A stretch of 64,000 nt of DNA, from NCBI RefSeq assembly GCF_036321535.1, contig NC_087437.1, positions 97,776,001 through 97,840,000 of the forward strand, given 5' to 3'. This DNA comes from Camelus dromedarius (taxonomy: Eukaryota). Shown here one piece after another: positions 12,427 through 24,500 of the stretch. Positions within the stretch are counted from its first letter, which is position 1. Each line of letters starts with the position of its first letter. Below the pieces are notes generated by a model. The model had not been told where the DNA came from. It saw nothing but the letters and a program-made list of their open reading frames with translations, and made no database searches. The position numbers and the translations under genes are program-made.

Positions 12427-14113
12427 TAGCAAATATACTTGTCTGTTTATATTTATGTAAGGAATCTGATACTACATTTTGAAACAAAAATTAGTATTTC
12501 TTAAATGGTAAAATTCACTAACCCTTAAATTCCATTTATTATGAGCTAAGGTATTTTGAGTTCAACTAATGTACCTCTGTATTGCGTGTTCAGGCGTTTT
12601 TAATTGTCAAATGTCTGTACAACATTTTGGTCTGAAAAAATGACATCTTTCCTTAAGCAGAGACTCTTAAATTGGTGATTGGATTGCTTTAAAATTCAGT
12701 GAAAATCTCCTGAGCTTAGAACACCATCCCTAGGTAGCAGCAAAGCCCAGGGCTGTATCTCCAGATTTTGGATAGCAAATCAGACCAGCCATATGTGCAC
12801 GAAAATAGAACCGGATTAAAATAAACATCATATTCGGAAAGCAAGAAAATAATAAATTCCAAACATCAGCCTGTGGGTTGTTTGTGAAAATGAGAGAGAG
12901 GGAGTCAAAGCCAAAACTTTGATGAAAATCTCAAGTCAGCCTTTATCACAAGTTGATACCACCTCCACCCTCCACCCACAGTTTACCCAACTGCCCACGC
13001 AGCAGCTTCTTCTCTCTTTGTCCCCCATCAAAGTAGGGCTGAGACAATCATTCTGGTCTACTGTACCCCAGAGATAATCGAGAACCTTGTGAAAAAATTG
13101 TGCAGGATCCCATAATGTCCTTTCCTGAAGAACACTGGAGATAAATTCACTGAACTGCTTCAAAGAACTAAATCTTCAGGCAATAGCAGAAAAGAACATT
13201 AATTAAGCTTTCTTTGTTTACTGCAGGGAGTTCATTACTCGATTTGGCAGGGAGGAATGAGAGAATGGGTGAATGAATTAATGAATGGATGCATAAGGGA
13301 CTGAAGCTGTAGGAGATTAATAATCAGAATAACTATTATTTATTCAGGCTGCTGTGTGCCAGACATTAGCCCTGAGAAAAACTCCCTATAAGTGGAGAAG
13401 CCGAAGTTCAGTTGCCCAAAAATGCACATCTTTTTTTCAGCAGAGAAAAGCTAGACTATGTTTCATGGGACCTGTTCCAGTGCTCTAAACATATTACCTC
13501 ACTGTTGCTACTAAAGGTTTACTTGCAGGATCAGTTATAACTGGACGGTGCTTTTAAATGAAAATTTGTTAACAGATGTCATAATTACTTCTTGCTAGAA
13601 TTGATTGCATTGTCACTTCTAGATATAAACCTGGACCTAATGATCATTGTGACTAAAAATGAGGCTCTCTGTAAAGAATCTGCCTTACCTTAGCATACAT
13701 TTCAAATCTATTAAAGTTACTTTGGGGAAATAAAATGGAGGCTTTCCTGCAAATATTCTGTGCAAGAGAACAATTTTATGATAAAATGCTTTTTCATTCT
13801 TTGATCCCCTAATTATCCTATTTCTCATATTTCTTCAAGTTTCAATTCTTATTTCTCCATATAATATGCACCACTTAGGAAATACAAATGTGAGAAATTT
13901 TTAAGAGGGCTAGTGGAGTGTGTGTCTGTGTGTGTGTGTGCATTTAAGAAAAGAGTTGTCAGTAACCAAAAAAAACCCAAAAACACACACAAAAAAACCA
14001 GAATTTAAAAGAATTTTTAAATGCAAGAAAGCACATCCTATAAAGATAAGTCACAATTAAATGACTTGAATTAATGATTTAAATTCACTTTTTGTTTTTG
14101 CTTGGCTAGTTTT

Positions 14114-14760
14114 TGCTGCGTCCAGCGCAGCTCAGGGCCGTGACTGAGGACAGGTGACGCAAGACTTAAGAAAAAAAGAGACAAAGAAAAGAGCAAAGAT
14201 GGGACCAGGGGACTCAAGATCTCGTGGATCCAGAGTCCCAAAAGCCTGTTCCAAATCATATTTATTAGGAGTATACAGCTCAGAAAAAAATGCGACCAAA
14301 GAGGTGGGGCTTTATATACTCCATGCGCTAAGCACTAAGTTCTGCTTGCTGTTTAACTGATTAATTTCAGGCCTATCCCTTCCAGGAATAACCACCCTGC
14401 TCGGGGTATGCAAAATTTCTGAATCTATCCTGTTATTGCCTCCCGGACATCTCGAAATAGCAAATAATCCCCCTGGGCTTAACCGCATGCTTTCACGCCA
14501 GAACAAAGTTATGTTAATGGATGATCTGGCTTTCCAGGACCAGCCATTGTTTCACCCTAAGGAAATATCTGCCCTCCTTCGTACCCTTATGGTCAATCTC
14601 AGAATTGCTCACCCCAAATTTTCTTTAGCATAATATGTGCTATAGGTCATCTACTGAGTAAAACATTAAAACTAAGCAAGCATTTTAAGCAAGCAAGTGT
14701 GAATGTAATATTTTAAGCTCATGGAAATTGAGCTGTTTTCCAGCAGCTTGTTTCCCAGCA
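14114..14760 (-). mobile_element. Solo LTR, class II (ERVK/betaretroviral)-like, 647 bp
   Basis: Inverted termini TGCTG...CAGCA; 6-bp TSD agtttt/aatttt (1 mismatch); minus-strand TATATAAA (14318-14311) and AATAAA (14266-14261). Confidence 0.78.
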
Positions 14761-15652
14761 AATTTTTATGTCACTTGTTTAAAGAAATCTGAAATTAAGG
14801 CATATTGACTGTACTGAAATTTGAAAGAAAGACAAAATATAAAACAGAATTGTTGCCCAGAGAGAGTGGGCAGCTCTCTGACACAGGCTTTACAAGCGGA
14901 AATTGTTAAATTTAATATAAAGAGTCTACGAAGACTCTAGTCCTTCGTTTTGAAGTCCAGAAACCAGATGATGTCTGCACACCTATTGTGGATTGACTCA
15001 ACATTACATAATCACATTGAAAGACCAATGCCCCCACCTTGATCTGTGTTGTAACAGCTATTTTGACAAGAGGACACTGTTTCCTTAGTCACAGTTGCTT
15101 GAAGCAGCTAAATGTACGAAACCTAAGCCGAGTCAATCAGAGCCTCTTCCTGGCCACCTCTCACTTCCGGTCCAAAGGGCTCGGTTGGGATTGACACCCA
15201 ATCCAAGGTGGCTCAATTGTGGTCTTTTCAGCTGGAAAATTCAAAAGGGAAAGAGAAGGAATGGGTGTTATTCAGAAAATGTGAATTCAGGAGATGCCTG
15301 TAGCTGTTTTTCATCTTGTGGATAAGAAAAACAGATAAAGTCCATTATAGAAGAGAATGAATAATATGAATACTCCAAGAAAGCAGAAACAAAGGGAGTA
15401 ATAAAGGCATATGAGATCCTGGTTCAAACAATCTACCTAAGACCATAAATTCCCTCTTTTTGCTTAGGTCTTTGATTTAGATCTAAGTAATATACTCCTT
15501 AAATCCAAGCATTTATTGGGGGTAAATCTCACGGGTCGGACTGGTAGTGATTGCTGTTAAAATCCAATCTGTTACTTAGGGTAAGTTGCATAACACTTCT
15601 TATTTTAGTTTTCTCATTAGAAAGATTATGGTCATTTACATTTCTATCAGAA

Positions 15653-16038
15653 TTATTAGTCTGTTCTGGTTGCTGTAACGAAGAACCATAGACTGGGTGG
15701 CTTATAAATAAATAAAGTATATTTCTCAAGGTTCTGGAGGCTTGGTGTCCAGGTGTCCAGGTGCTGATGTGGTCCAGTTCCAGTGAGAACCCTCCTCCAG
15801 CCTGCAGGGGGGCAATCTTCTCATTGTATCCTCATGTGGCACAGAGCAAAGAGGTGAAGCAAGCTCTCTCATGACTCTTATAAGGGCACTAATTCCATGC
15901 GTGAGGGCTCCACCCTCATGACCTCCTCTAATTCTAATTACTTCCCAAAGATTCCACCTCCTGATACCACCACATTGAGGGATAGGGTTTCAACTTATGA
16001 ATTCTAGGGGAACACAGATGTTTACCCATGTTAATACA
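15653..16038 (-). mobile_element. MaLR LTR (MLT1A/B-like)
   Basis: Antisense MLT1 text: tattagtctgttctggttgctgtaac...ataagggcactaattccat...gggtttcaacttatgaatt. Confidence 0.8.
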
Positions 16039-17079
16039 AGACAGCTCATTTTCCAACACCCTTTCCTTCATTTGATATTTCATTTCTTTCACAGTTGCCA
16101 ATCACTAATCTAATAAGCTAAGTGTGCTACTTTGTTGTTGCTTAAATTTTCATGTACTTTATTACAAATGAAATTTATGAGGAAAAAGAGGGTGAACTTT
16201 TAATTTTAATTATTGATCATTTCCTAGACAATGTAAATTAAGTCCTTTGTCTATTTGTTTCTAGCGAGGAATCATTTCTTCTTAATTTTCTTAATTTTCC
16301 TAATTATTTTTAAGTGGATCCTTACATGAAAGAAATCAAACATTGGCATTTATAGTTGTTGCAAATGTACTTTTTCTGTTTGTCATTTGCTTTCAGTTTG
16401 AGCTGAAGAACTTAGGGTTTGTTCTCAAATCTGCCCTTTCTCCTTTGTGATACCTTCGTTGGGTGGCATTCTCAGGAAGGCTTTTCCATTACTAAATTAT
16501 GTGACTTTTTCCAGCTTTACCTCTGGCATTTTATATTATATTTAACATTTAAATGGACACTCTACCTAGAATTAATATTATTGTGTGCTATAAGTTAAGG
16601 GTCTAACCTTATTTATTCTCAAAATGGTTAGTTAAAATGACTCTTCTGTCATATAATAATTCTTACTTGTTTGTATTATTGTGCTTTTCATTCTATTCCA
16701 TTGAAGTATCTGGCTTTACAACGATACTACATTGGTTTTAGTTACTTTAGCTTCCAGATATGAGATACTATCTCCACAAGCTTTTGCATCTCTATAAAAC
16801 ATTTAAATCAGTGCAATTTCATTGCAGTTAAAATTTACTTTTCTGCTTGTTTTATTTTACTGATGTAAGACAGTTTAATCTTACATCAATGTAAAGATAT
16901 AATGATGTAAGAAAGTCAAGAAGGACTTACCAATAATTAAATAAGGAACGTGGCAAAATAATCACCTTGAAGGGTTAATTTTGCTTAGGCTTCCTTTTCC
17001 TTCTTTTCTAATGTGAGCTAAAATTTCTACAGAATTATTTGAAGTCCAGGCAATTTATTACAAAAATATATATGAGAAG

Positions 17080-17108
17080 GCTGCCCTCTTGTGTCAATGT
17101 AATTTGCA
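17080..17108 (-). promoter_or_regulatory. Candidate CTCF site with upstream module
   Basis: Minus strand tgcaaattac-at-tgacacaagagggcagc resembles the CTCF core (CCASYAGRKGGCR) plus the TGCA-type upstream motif; motif match only. Confidence 0.45.
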
Positions 17109-18439
17109 TTTTCTCAATCACTCCAGCTTTCAGTAGTCTCTACTCAGGGTGAAAAGGATAAAATGGAATCAACATTTTTGAACATTTATGTGACTGTGTC
17201 ATTAGAAGTAAGTAGTAAGGGAAAATGAACAATCTAATATTGTTTTCTTTTTTTCTTTTTAGCTCTTTTTTCTTCTCTCTTCTTTGTTCAATTGATAGCT
17301 CTTGTAATATGAATTTTTTTCTTCAGATTTGTTTCCAACTATAAAAATACATCAAACCTAGTCCCAGTGGTACCAACACATAGTACTTAAAAAGGACTAA
17401 ACATCAAATTGTCTGTAAATATTTATGGCTACATTTCTCCATGGAGAGACCTCCAAATGGTATGGCCCTCCAGGATCCAGAAACCAGGAAGAGGCAACCT
17501 GGAATTCATTTAACACGAGCTCCAGCTCAAGAGCAGAACGTACTAGCGTTGTTGGAAAGAGTCAGGATCATACAGTTATGACAGGTGGGCATGCAATAAC
17601 AACTATATGTTAAATGAACACGTACATGGAAGTTGTGGAATTCAGAAGCGGAAGAGAGACTGACAGAGTTATCTGTTCTTTCTAGGCTGTTAGGCACATG
17701 GACCCCGGAAATATTGCCAGCAGCTTCAGCACCCCGTGGAGGATGTATTCTCCAGCTGAAACAAACGTGAAAGCAGGAAGATTTTGTAGGTCTGAGGGAT
17801 TCTATAGCAAAAGGTAGAAGCGACGGGGCTAAAAACACCTTCCCACATGTGGAGCCCACATTACTTGACAAAGCTCCCTTTCAAGGCAGCAATGAAGAGC
17901 CAGTGTGTGAAAATGAAGAGGATTTTCTAGATTGCAAAGAAAAGCTTCCAACTCTGCAAATGTCCACACTTTGTAAGAGGTTGGTAATGTTTTGATTGCC
18001 ACTTTGGGAGGAAAAAAAAGAGAGAGAGAGAGAATATGTCTTTGTGGATTTTTCCCCGATAATATGATAAATGTTCCAAACTAATCCTCCTACAGGAATG
18101 AGTTGAAGTTTATAATTCATGTATCTATGCGATGAGCACTGACTGGTGTTGGGTAGACTAGCATTCTGTCAGAGCTGAAACTAGGGTACTCCACCCATCT
18201 TCCCATCTACTCATTGTTACTCATTTACAGCTAAGTCTCCGGCAGCAGAATTTGGCGATGCTAAATATTGAGTTCTGGAATAAGAGCCCTCATGACTAGG
18301 AAGGGATTTTTTTTTTTCTAAATTGGCTGAGGATTGAGTCTGTACTGGGATATTTATGGGCATCTTATCAACTCTTGGAAATCTTTAAAAGTTGAGGTAC
18401 ATCAGAGACTTGGTGGTGAATTAACTCACCTCAAAGAAA

Positions 18440-19040
18440 TTATACCCATTTTCAATGAATTTACAGAGTTTCAATTTTGCTAAACTGAAACTACACTTCC
18501 CAGAAGACTTGTCTCTGTAATTCCAGGTCAGATTAAGCATACCAGAAACATATTTGGAAGAGAACAGGAAGGAGCAACCGTTAGGCTTTGAGGTTGCATG
18601 TAGGATGTCAGAAGCTGTTGCAGCTCACACAGCATTTGTTACTGCTCTGCTGGCTCACATTACTGGCACAGGACAGCACTCAAGCCTGTAGCTCCTTCCT
18701 GTCCCCTGGAGCTCTGAGTTCTGACACAGGCATGTGTTTAGTTCTGCAGTGAAGTTGTCAGCTGATTCTGCACTCATCCACATCATCATGGTTGGAGATA
18801 CGGAGAAACAGACCTGGGTTCCAGTTTGTCCTTGGTCACCCCATTTTAACATCCACTTTTTTCCCTCTACCTCTGGCCATGTGGATCTACAGCAATTTCA
18901 GGCTAGATAGCAGATGTGGGGGGTACGTGCTTCCAAAGACATTTCTACCAGGTGCTACGATTGCCTCACTTTAAACCCCTAAAATGAATCCTTATTCCTT
19001 ATGACTCAGCGTAGTTCTTCTTCCCTGGTTGCACCCCAGA
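18440..19040 (+). mobile_element. Old ERV-L-type LTR (LTR16-like)
   Basis: tgctaaactgaaactacacttcccagaa... is typical LTR16-family text; boundaries approximate. Confidence 0.45.
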
Positions 19041-19598
19041 AAGTTTGGTACCTAGAGGTGTTATAACAAAAACCTAAAACAGCTGGCATTAGCTTTGGGG
19101 CAGGATAGCAGGAAGAAGGCAGCTGACCAAAGATGGAAGGGGCTTCAGACGACAGTGAGGATTTGAAAAACAGTAAGGAAATTGTTATTGGAAAGTTTGG
19201 TAACATAACTCCCTGTCAAAATGTGGAAAGAAATAAGGTATTTATTTAACAGATTCATTGATCTAGCTGGAGAAATTTGTAGACAGTATGTGGAAAATTC
19301 CAACAGGCTTCTTCCTGTAATTAAATACGAAATGAAAGGGAAGATGGAAAAAAGAAAGAAACATTTAGATTTTAAGAATTTAGAGGAAATACAAAGGATT
19401 TAGGGACTGTTGGGTTTGAAAATCAAATTGTTTTTCATCCCTAGTTATTCCTACCCCCCCCAAAAAAAACATCTTCAAAGAAAGAAATAGCTTTAGCAAA
19501 TATAAAATCCAATGCACTAAAACAAATTCACAGTAAAGATTACAAGTGTGTGGCTGTTATAAATCCCCTTGTTGAGACCTCAAAAGAAATTAAGGCCA

Positions 19599-19758
19599 CA
19601 GGGACAGGGAAATATATACAAGATCTTTTGGTAGCTCACAGAGAAAAAAAATGTGAGAATGAATATATATATGTTCATGTATAACTGAAAAATTGTGCTC
19701 TACACTGGAATTTGACACATTGTAAAATGATTTTAAATCAATAAAAAATGTTTAAAAA
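19599..19758 (+). mobile_element. 5'-truncated young L1 3' end with TSD AAATTAAGGCCA (19587-19598 / 19759-19770)
   Basis: Perfect 12-bp direct repeat flanks, AATAAA and A tail; same L1 3' UTR family as 33951-34276. Confidence 0.85.
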
Positions 19759-20197
19759 AAATTAAGGCCATGACTCCTAGGGCTCTAAAGAGTCTTACAA
19801 GTATTGTCCCACAGCATCCTTACTCTCTTGGTCTAAGGTGGAAAAGGGCTTAGCTCAGTGGAAAAAAAAAGGAAGAAGAAGAGGAAGAAGAAAGAAAAAA
19901 CAAGGGTGATTGGTTCATGCTAATGGCATGGATTTTAAAAAATATAAAATACAATGATGTCTTTGGACCTCCCCAACTTGCTATGGGCAGGAACTAGGCT
20001 GAAGACGTCACTTGATTGCAAAAAAAAAATCAATTATTACATATAAATAAGGACCCAAAAAACAGAACCAAGAACTCACAAGGCAGTACCAAGGTGCAGA
20101 GGGGACGCATTCCCAGGAATTGTCCTCAGTTCTGAATTTCAGTAACCGCTATCTGTGCCTGTAATTCCCTCCTATTTGAACTGGATTTCCTGCTGCT

Positions 20198-20348
20198 CTT
20201 TTTTTTTTTTTTTTTTTTAAATACTTTTTTTTTTTTTAAGGGGAGAAGGAGGTAATTTGGTTTATTATTTATTTATTTTAATGGAGGTTTGAACCTAGGA
20301 CCTCGTGCGTGCTATGCAGGCACTCTACCTCTGAGCTAAACCCTCCCC
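20198..20348 (-). mobile_element. tRNA-derived SINE (Vic-1-like)
   Basis: Homologous to 1880-2018; poly-T tail on the left, A/B-box remnants. Confidence 0.78.
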
Positions 20349-20580
20349 ACACCCACTGCTTTTATTTTGTCTCACCATCATGCGGTGGTAGAAAAACATG
20401 TCTCTTTAGTTCACAGCTCTTCAGTTAGAGGGGAACCAAGAGCCAAGGAGCCTCATTTATGCCAGGACCTGATGTAGACACTGGCCCCGTAGAACCCGGC
20501 CTGAGTGTGATGCAGTGAGAGCGCTGAGGGTCATGGCTCCAGCTGAATGCATTTTCTGTGTAGTCAGAGGACAGGCAAAC

Positions 20581-21119
20581 TGTCACACAATACAGAGGAC
20601 CATAAGTTCTTTGGCACTCCCCTCATGGACTTATGGCGTATTTGTTTTCTCCTCTTGAATCTGAGTGGGCTTTTTGACTGCCTAGCAAATAAGGTATGAT
20701 TAAAGTGACTGATAAGGTGCCAGGCTTGGGGTCCAAGCCATAGGAGACTAACATTTACATTTCCGTATCTTGGAACTCATCTTTGGAGTCTTGAGTCTCC
20801 GTGTAAGAAGTTCAGCTGCAGGAACCAAGTGCAGAAGTCTGGAGACTACCTGGAGAAGGAGAAGAGCACAATTGAACCCAGCCTTCCAGCCGGCCCTGCT
20901 TCCCTGCTAAGGCCAGGCGTGCCAGCGAATCTGGACTTCTGAATCAGCACATCTGCTGAATATCCCCAAACCGCCCCAGTCAACACCACGGGGGGCAGAA
21001 GAATTTTACAAATGGGCCCTGTCTGGATTTCTGACCCCAGTATCAAGAGATAATATGTTTTGTTTTCAACCATTTTAGTTTGGGGGTAATTTGTTACACT
21101 GTCATAGGTAAGTGGAACA
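20581..21119 (+). mobile_element. MaLR LTR (MLT1F/G/H-like)
   Basis: TG start; typical MLT1 3' end ...tagtttgggggtaatttgttacactgtcataggtaagtggaaca. Confidence 0.7.
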
Positions 21120-21213
21120 TTTCAATGTGAGACATCTCAGTGTACAGCTGCTAGGTTATGGGAGAAGCAAACATTCATGTCATTTTAATATGGAAAAAAA
21201 GAAGCACTGATCC

Positions 21214-21843
21214 TGATGCAGGAAAACGGATGTGGGGTGTGAGGAGGGCCAAGTCCCAGGTCTTGGCTGAGCCCCTGGGACGTGCCCTGCCAAGTGTGGG
21301 TCCTTGGCTTCGCGCAGGAAATAATTCAAGTACCATTGAGTAAAGGTAGATTTATTTAGAAAGATACATACTGCATAGAGTGTAAGGCAAGAGAAAGGCA
21401 AGGAAAGAGGTGTGGGAATTGGGTGCTCAGGTTAAAGTAAAAGTAGGTACACACTCCATAGACAGAGTGCAGGCTGTCTCCAAAAGCGAGAGAGAGCGCA
21501 AACCCACTAGGCATGGCATTATCACTTTTTATGGTCTCAGTAACTTCACACGCACATACAGGTGGGATCAATCCAACTGCCCTGGGGAAGGGGCTGAGAT
21601 TACCAGATATAGGGCCACCGCCCATTCTTTGGCCTTTTGCAGTCAGCCTTGGGGCTGTCATGGTGCCTGCGGGCATGTTACTTATCACCCTGTTACAATG
21701 AGCATATAATGATCTCAAGGTCTACTAGAAGTCAAACCTCTTAATCCTTAAGGCTAACTAGGAGTTCAATCTTCCACCATTTTGGTGTTAAATTGCTGTC
21801 ATTCCTTGAGCGGCTGTGCCCTGCCCCCTTCCATCCTGTCTCA
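21214..21843 (-). mobile_element. ERV1-type LTR (630 bp), related to the solo LTR at 35987-36658
   Basis: TG at 21214 and CA at 21843; flanks atcc/ctcc (3/4 match); shares blocks with the 36-kb LTR (aagtgtgggtccttg; ttacaatg...tataatga...ctcaaggtc). Confidence 0.7.
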
Positions 21844-21940
21844 CTCCTTCCTTTGGTCTTCTTAGGGGTGAATTGACCTCAGGGTGTAATTATTCTCTAT
21901 TCTCCACACCAGAGATTTTACCAGAACTACCCTTACTGGA

Positions 21941-22900
21941 TTAGTCAGCTCTCCACAACTGAGACCAGGATCCTATGGGCACTTTCCGCTGCCCATGCTT
22001 CTGCCATAAGCCCCAGCCATACCCATCACTGTCCACGTGGACTGTCAACCAGAAAGGGAGGTCTGGATCTACAGTGTGCAGTGCTTGCGCTTGGGCCACC
22101 ACCCTGTTAGTTTCAACAAATGCACATTCAGTCTCTTCAGACCAATTCCAGACTTCTCCCTTTTTAATCAGTTTATACAGGGGTTTGGCTATTTGGGCCA
22201 AAGGAGGAATAAGCATCCGCCAGTATCCCAGAAGACCTAAGTAAGTCTGTAACTGTTTAACTGTTTCAGGGTGGGAGTATGCCTGGATTTTGTCTATTAC
22301 TGCTTCAGGCAGCACTTTTGTCTTACCCGACCAGACAACACCCAAGAATTTGACAGAACATCCAGGTCCTTGCACTTTGTCCTCGTTCACAACCCACCCC
22401 CAGCCTGCCAGGGCTTCTTGCAGTGCTGTGGTTTCTAAATCTGAAAGAGAATCAGAGTTTAGCATTATGTCATCTGCATAATGGAACAAGTGAACAGTAT
22501 CCGGTTTGCTGCACGTAGCCAGGTCCTGGGCCACCAGGCCATGGCACAGTGTGGGGCTGTGCAGATATCCCTGTGGCAACACAACAAATGTCCATTGTCT
22601 GCCTTCCCAGGTGAAGGCAAACTGTTCTTGGCTCTCAGGGGCTATGTCAATTGAGAAGAATGCATTAGCCAGGTCAACCACATAGTGACAAGTACCCAGT
22701 TCATGGGACAGCAGGTCCATCAAATCTGTTATATTTGGCACAGCTGCATGCATGGGGGGCGTGACTTTGTTCAGTTCCCGATAGTCCACTGTCATCCTCC
22801 AGGAGCCGTCTGGCTTCCTCACTGGCCACACTGGAGAGTTATATGGGCTATGCGTAGCCCGAATTATACCAGCTTCCTCAAGCTTCAGAATAGTCTGTCC
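21941..22900 (-). pseudogene. pol: Class III ERV (HERV-S-like) reverse transcriptase; 296-codon open stretch, truncated in the connection/RNase H-like region
   Basis: Motifs [44 protein letters not shown] (22480-22469), [18 protein letters not shown] similarity ends at WSQLW (~21950); no integrase or env follows. Confidence 0.93.
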
Positions 22901-22960
22901 TATTTCCTCACGGCAATTGATATTGCCAGAAACTCACCACTTGTGTGGCCTGTGACAAAA

Positions 22961-23368
22961 TCAAGGGTGCATGATGAGGATGCCCTGTATAAGTGTTTTC
23001 ACCAAGAGAACTCTCAGGCAAAATTCCTTTTGAGTCATCTGTATTTGCAATCCTTGCAAAATGTTTATCCCCAGAATATATTCAGCTACTGGGGATATAT
23101 GCACTTCATATGCAGCAGGGGGCAGATGGCCAATGCCCAAAATCAGAGTCACTTGTTTAACACACATTTGCTTGTTTCCATATCCTTCTATATCAACCCA
23201 TGGTCTCCAAAAATGCTCTGGATTTCCATGCACCAATGTAATTTCAGCTCCTGTGTCTATTAGTGCCAATACTCGCTATTTATTCGTGGGGGACCAGTGG
23301 ATAGTCAGTTCAACATGTGGCCTCAAGTCATTGGGGTGCCCCATGTCCCGAACACCTTGGCCTTCCTC
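22961..23368 (-). pseudogene. pro: Retroviral aspartic protease (DTG active site) with one internal stop
   Basis: Reads EEGQG...DLRPHVELTIHWSPTNK*RVLALIDTGAEITLVHGNP...EYILGINIL; stop at 23278-23276; frameshifted before RT. Confidence 0.88.
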
Positions 23369-24480
23369 CTAGTCCAGGAGCAAATCAGCAAAGGCCACCT
23401 CTTGGGCCTGATGGGAGGTTGGCAATGGAGTATATTGTTGCTCAGACCGTAATTTCTTCCATAAGGCCATCAGCACCTCCAATGGCTGGCCATCCAATTT
23501 TACACAGTCCAAGCCAGCTGCCAGTAAATCACATCATATCTGTTGGCAATCTAGCTTTTGGGGCCCTCCCAGAATTGGAGCATTCCCCTTTACACTCCTC
23601 TGTGTGAACTTCCCTTTCTGAGTCACTGCACGGGAGGAGAGGGTCTTGGACTCACCTTGAGTCTTGGCAGCATGTACCCCGTTTCGGCCCACCTCTATGT
23701 CCCTCAGACAAGCTAGAGCCTCAGTCACCTCATGTATGGGGAGGTCTACAAACAGTGCTAGTAGTGCCACCGTAGTCCCAAACATTCCCGTTGGGCCGTT
23801 AGCCAAAATCAAATCTTTCATTTGAGCTGTAAGGAGCTCATCATCTGGACTATGGAAATGCAAAGCAAACATCATCTGGCGCTCCCATTTCTCAGACAAC
23901 TTGCATTAAGTCCAAATATGTGGTCCATTTACACATGTGTCACTCGCTGTGGCCCCGCGGGAGTTTCCCCCTGAGCCATGGGCTCCTCCATTTCCATCCG
24001 CTGCCTCACCACAGGCCATAGACGCAGTGGAATGGGGGGAGGGGTTGGGCTTACTGCTCTCAGAGATGGTGGGACTGGAGCTACACAGGCATGGCTGCTC
24101 TCAGAGGTGGTGGAGCTAGGACCATGCAGACACCTTTCTGCTGTGCTGGGTCTCTGCTTAAGCTCCTGTTCTCTGCAATGCAACTCCTCCACTTGCATCT
24201 GTAAATCTCTCATGTCTCAGCTAGCGGGCCGTAAAACAGATAAGAACATCCAGGTCACCCTCCTGGCTGCCTCTCGGTAGGCTAATGGGACATTATTTTC
24301 TAACAGCTCCAACACCCTCCAGACATCATCTGGCCGGGGTGCCACTGTGTCCCAATCCTCAGGTTGAGCCCACATCAGCAAATAGGCTGCCACTGGGTAC
24401 CATACAGAGGAAGGGGGCCACTTTGCTTCCATCAGAGCATCCCTGTCAGGGGCAGGGGGTTCAGAGGGGGCACTCACCTC
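23369..24480 (-). pseudogene. gag: HERV-S-like gag, broken by stops and frameshifts and an apparent central deletion
   Basis: Motifs WYPVAAYLLMWAQPEDW, RVTWMFLSVLR, PDDELLTAQMKDLIL and QQI*CDLLAAGLDCVKLDGQPLEVLMALWKKL resemble recalled HERV-S Gag; no CCHC zinc knuckle seen; ends at TAG 23371-23369. Confidence 0.8.
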
Positions 24481-24498
24481 ATCCTGCTCACAGCGCCA
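24481..24498 (-). other. Primer-binding site for tRNA-Ser(CGA): TGGCGCTGTGAGCAGGAT; splice donor GAG|GTGAGT immediately downstream (GT at 24477-24476)
   Basis: Plus strand ATCCTGCTCACAGCGCCA equals the recalled 3' 18 nt of mammalian tRNA-Ser-CGA; sits 2 nt from the LTR-terminal CA (24501). Confidence 0.88.
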
Positions 24499-24500
24499 AG

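Larger units (their letters stand above)
19040..20580 (+). mobile_element. ERVL/MaLR internal region, degraded, hosting an L1 and a SINE insertion
   Basis: Starts gtttggtacctagagg...aaaacctaaaac...ggcattagctttgg (MaLR-int-like) and ends next to an MLT1 LTR. Confidence 0.55.

Noticed and set aside
23276..23536. APOBEC3-type hypermutation of the provirus
   Set aside because: Only one clear TGG-to-TGA change seen, and many Trp codons in RT are intact; insufficient evidence.
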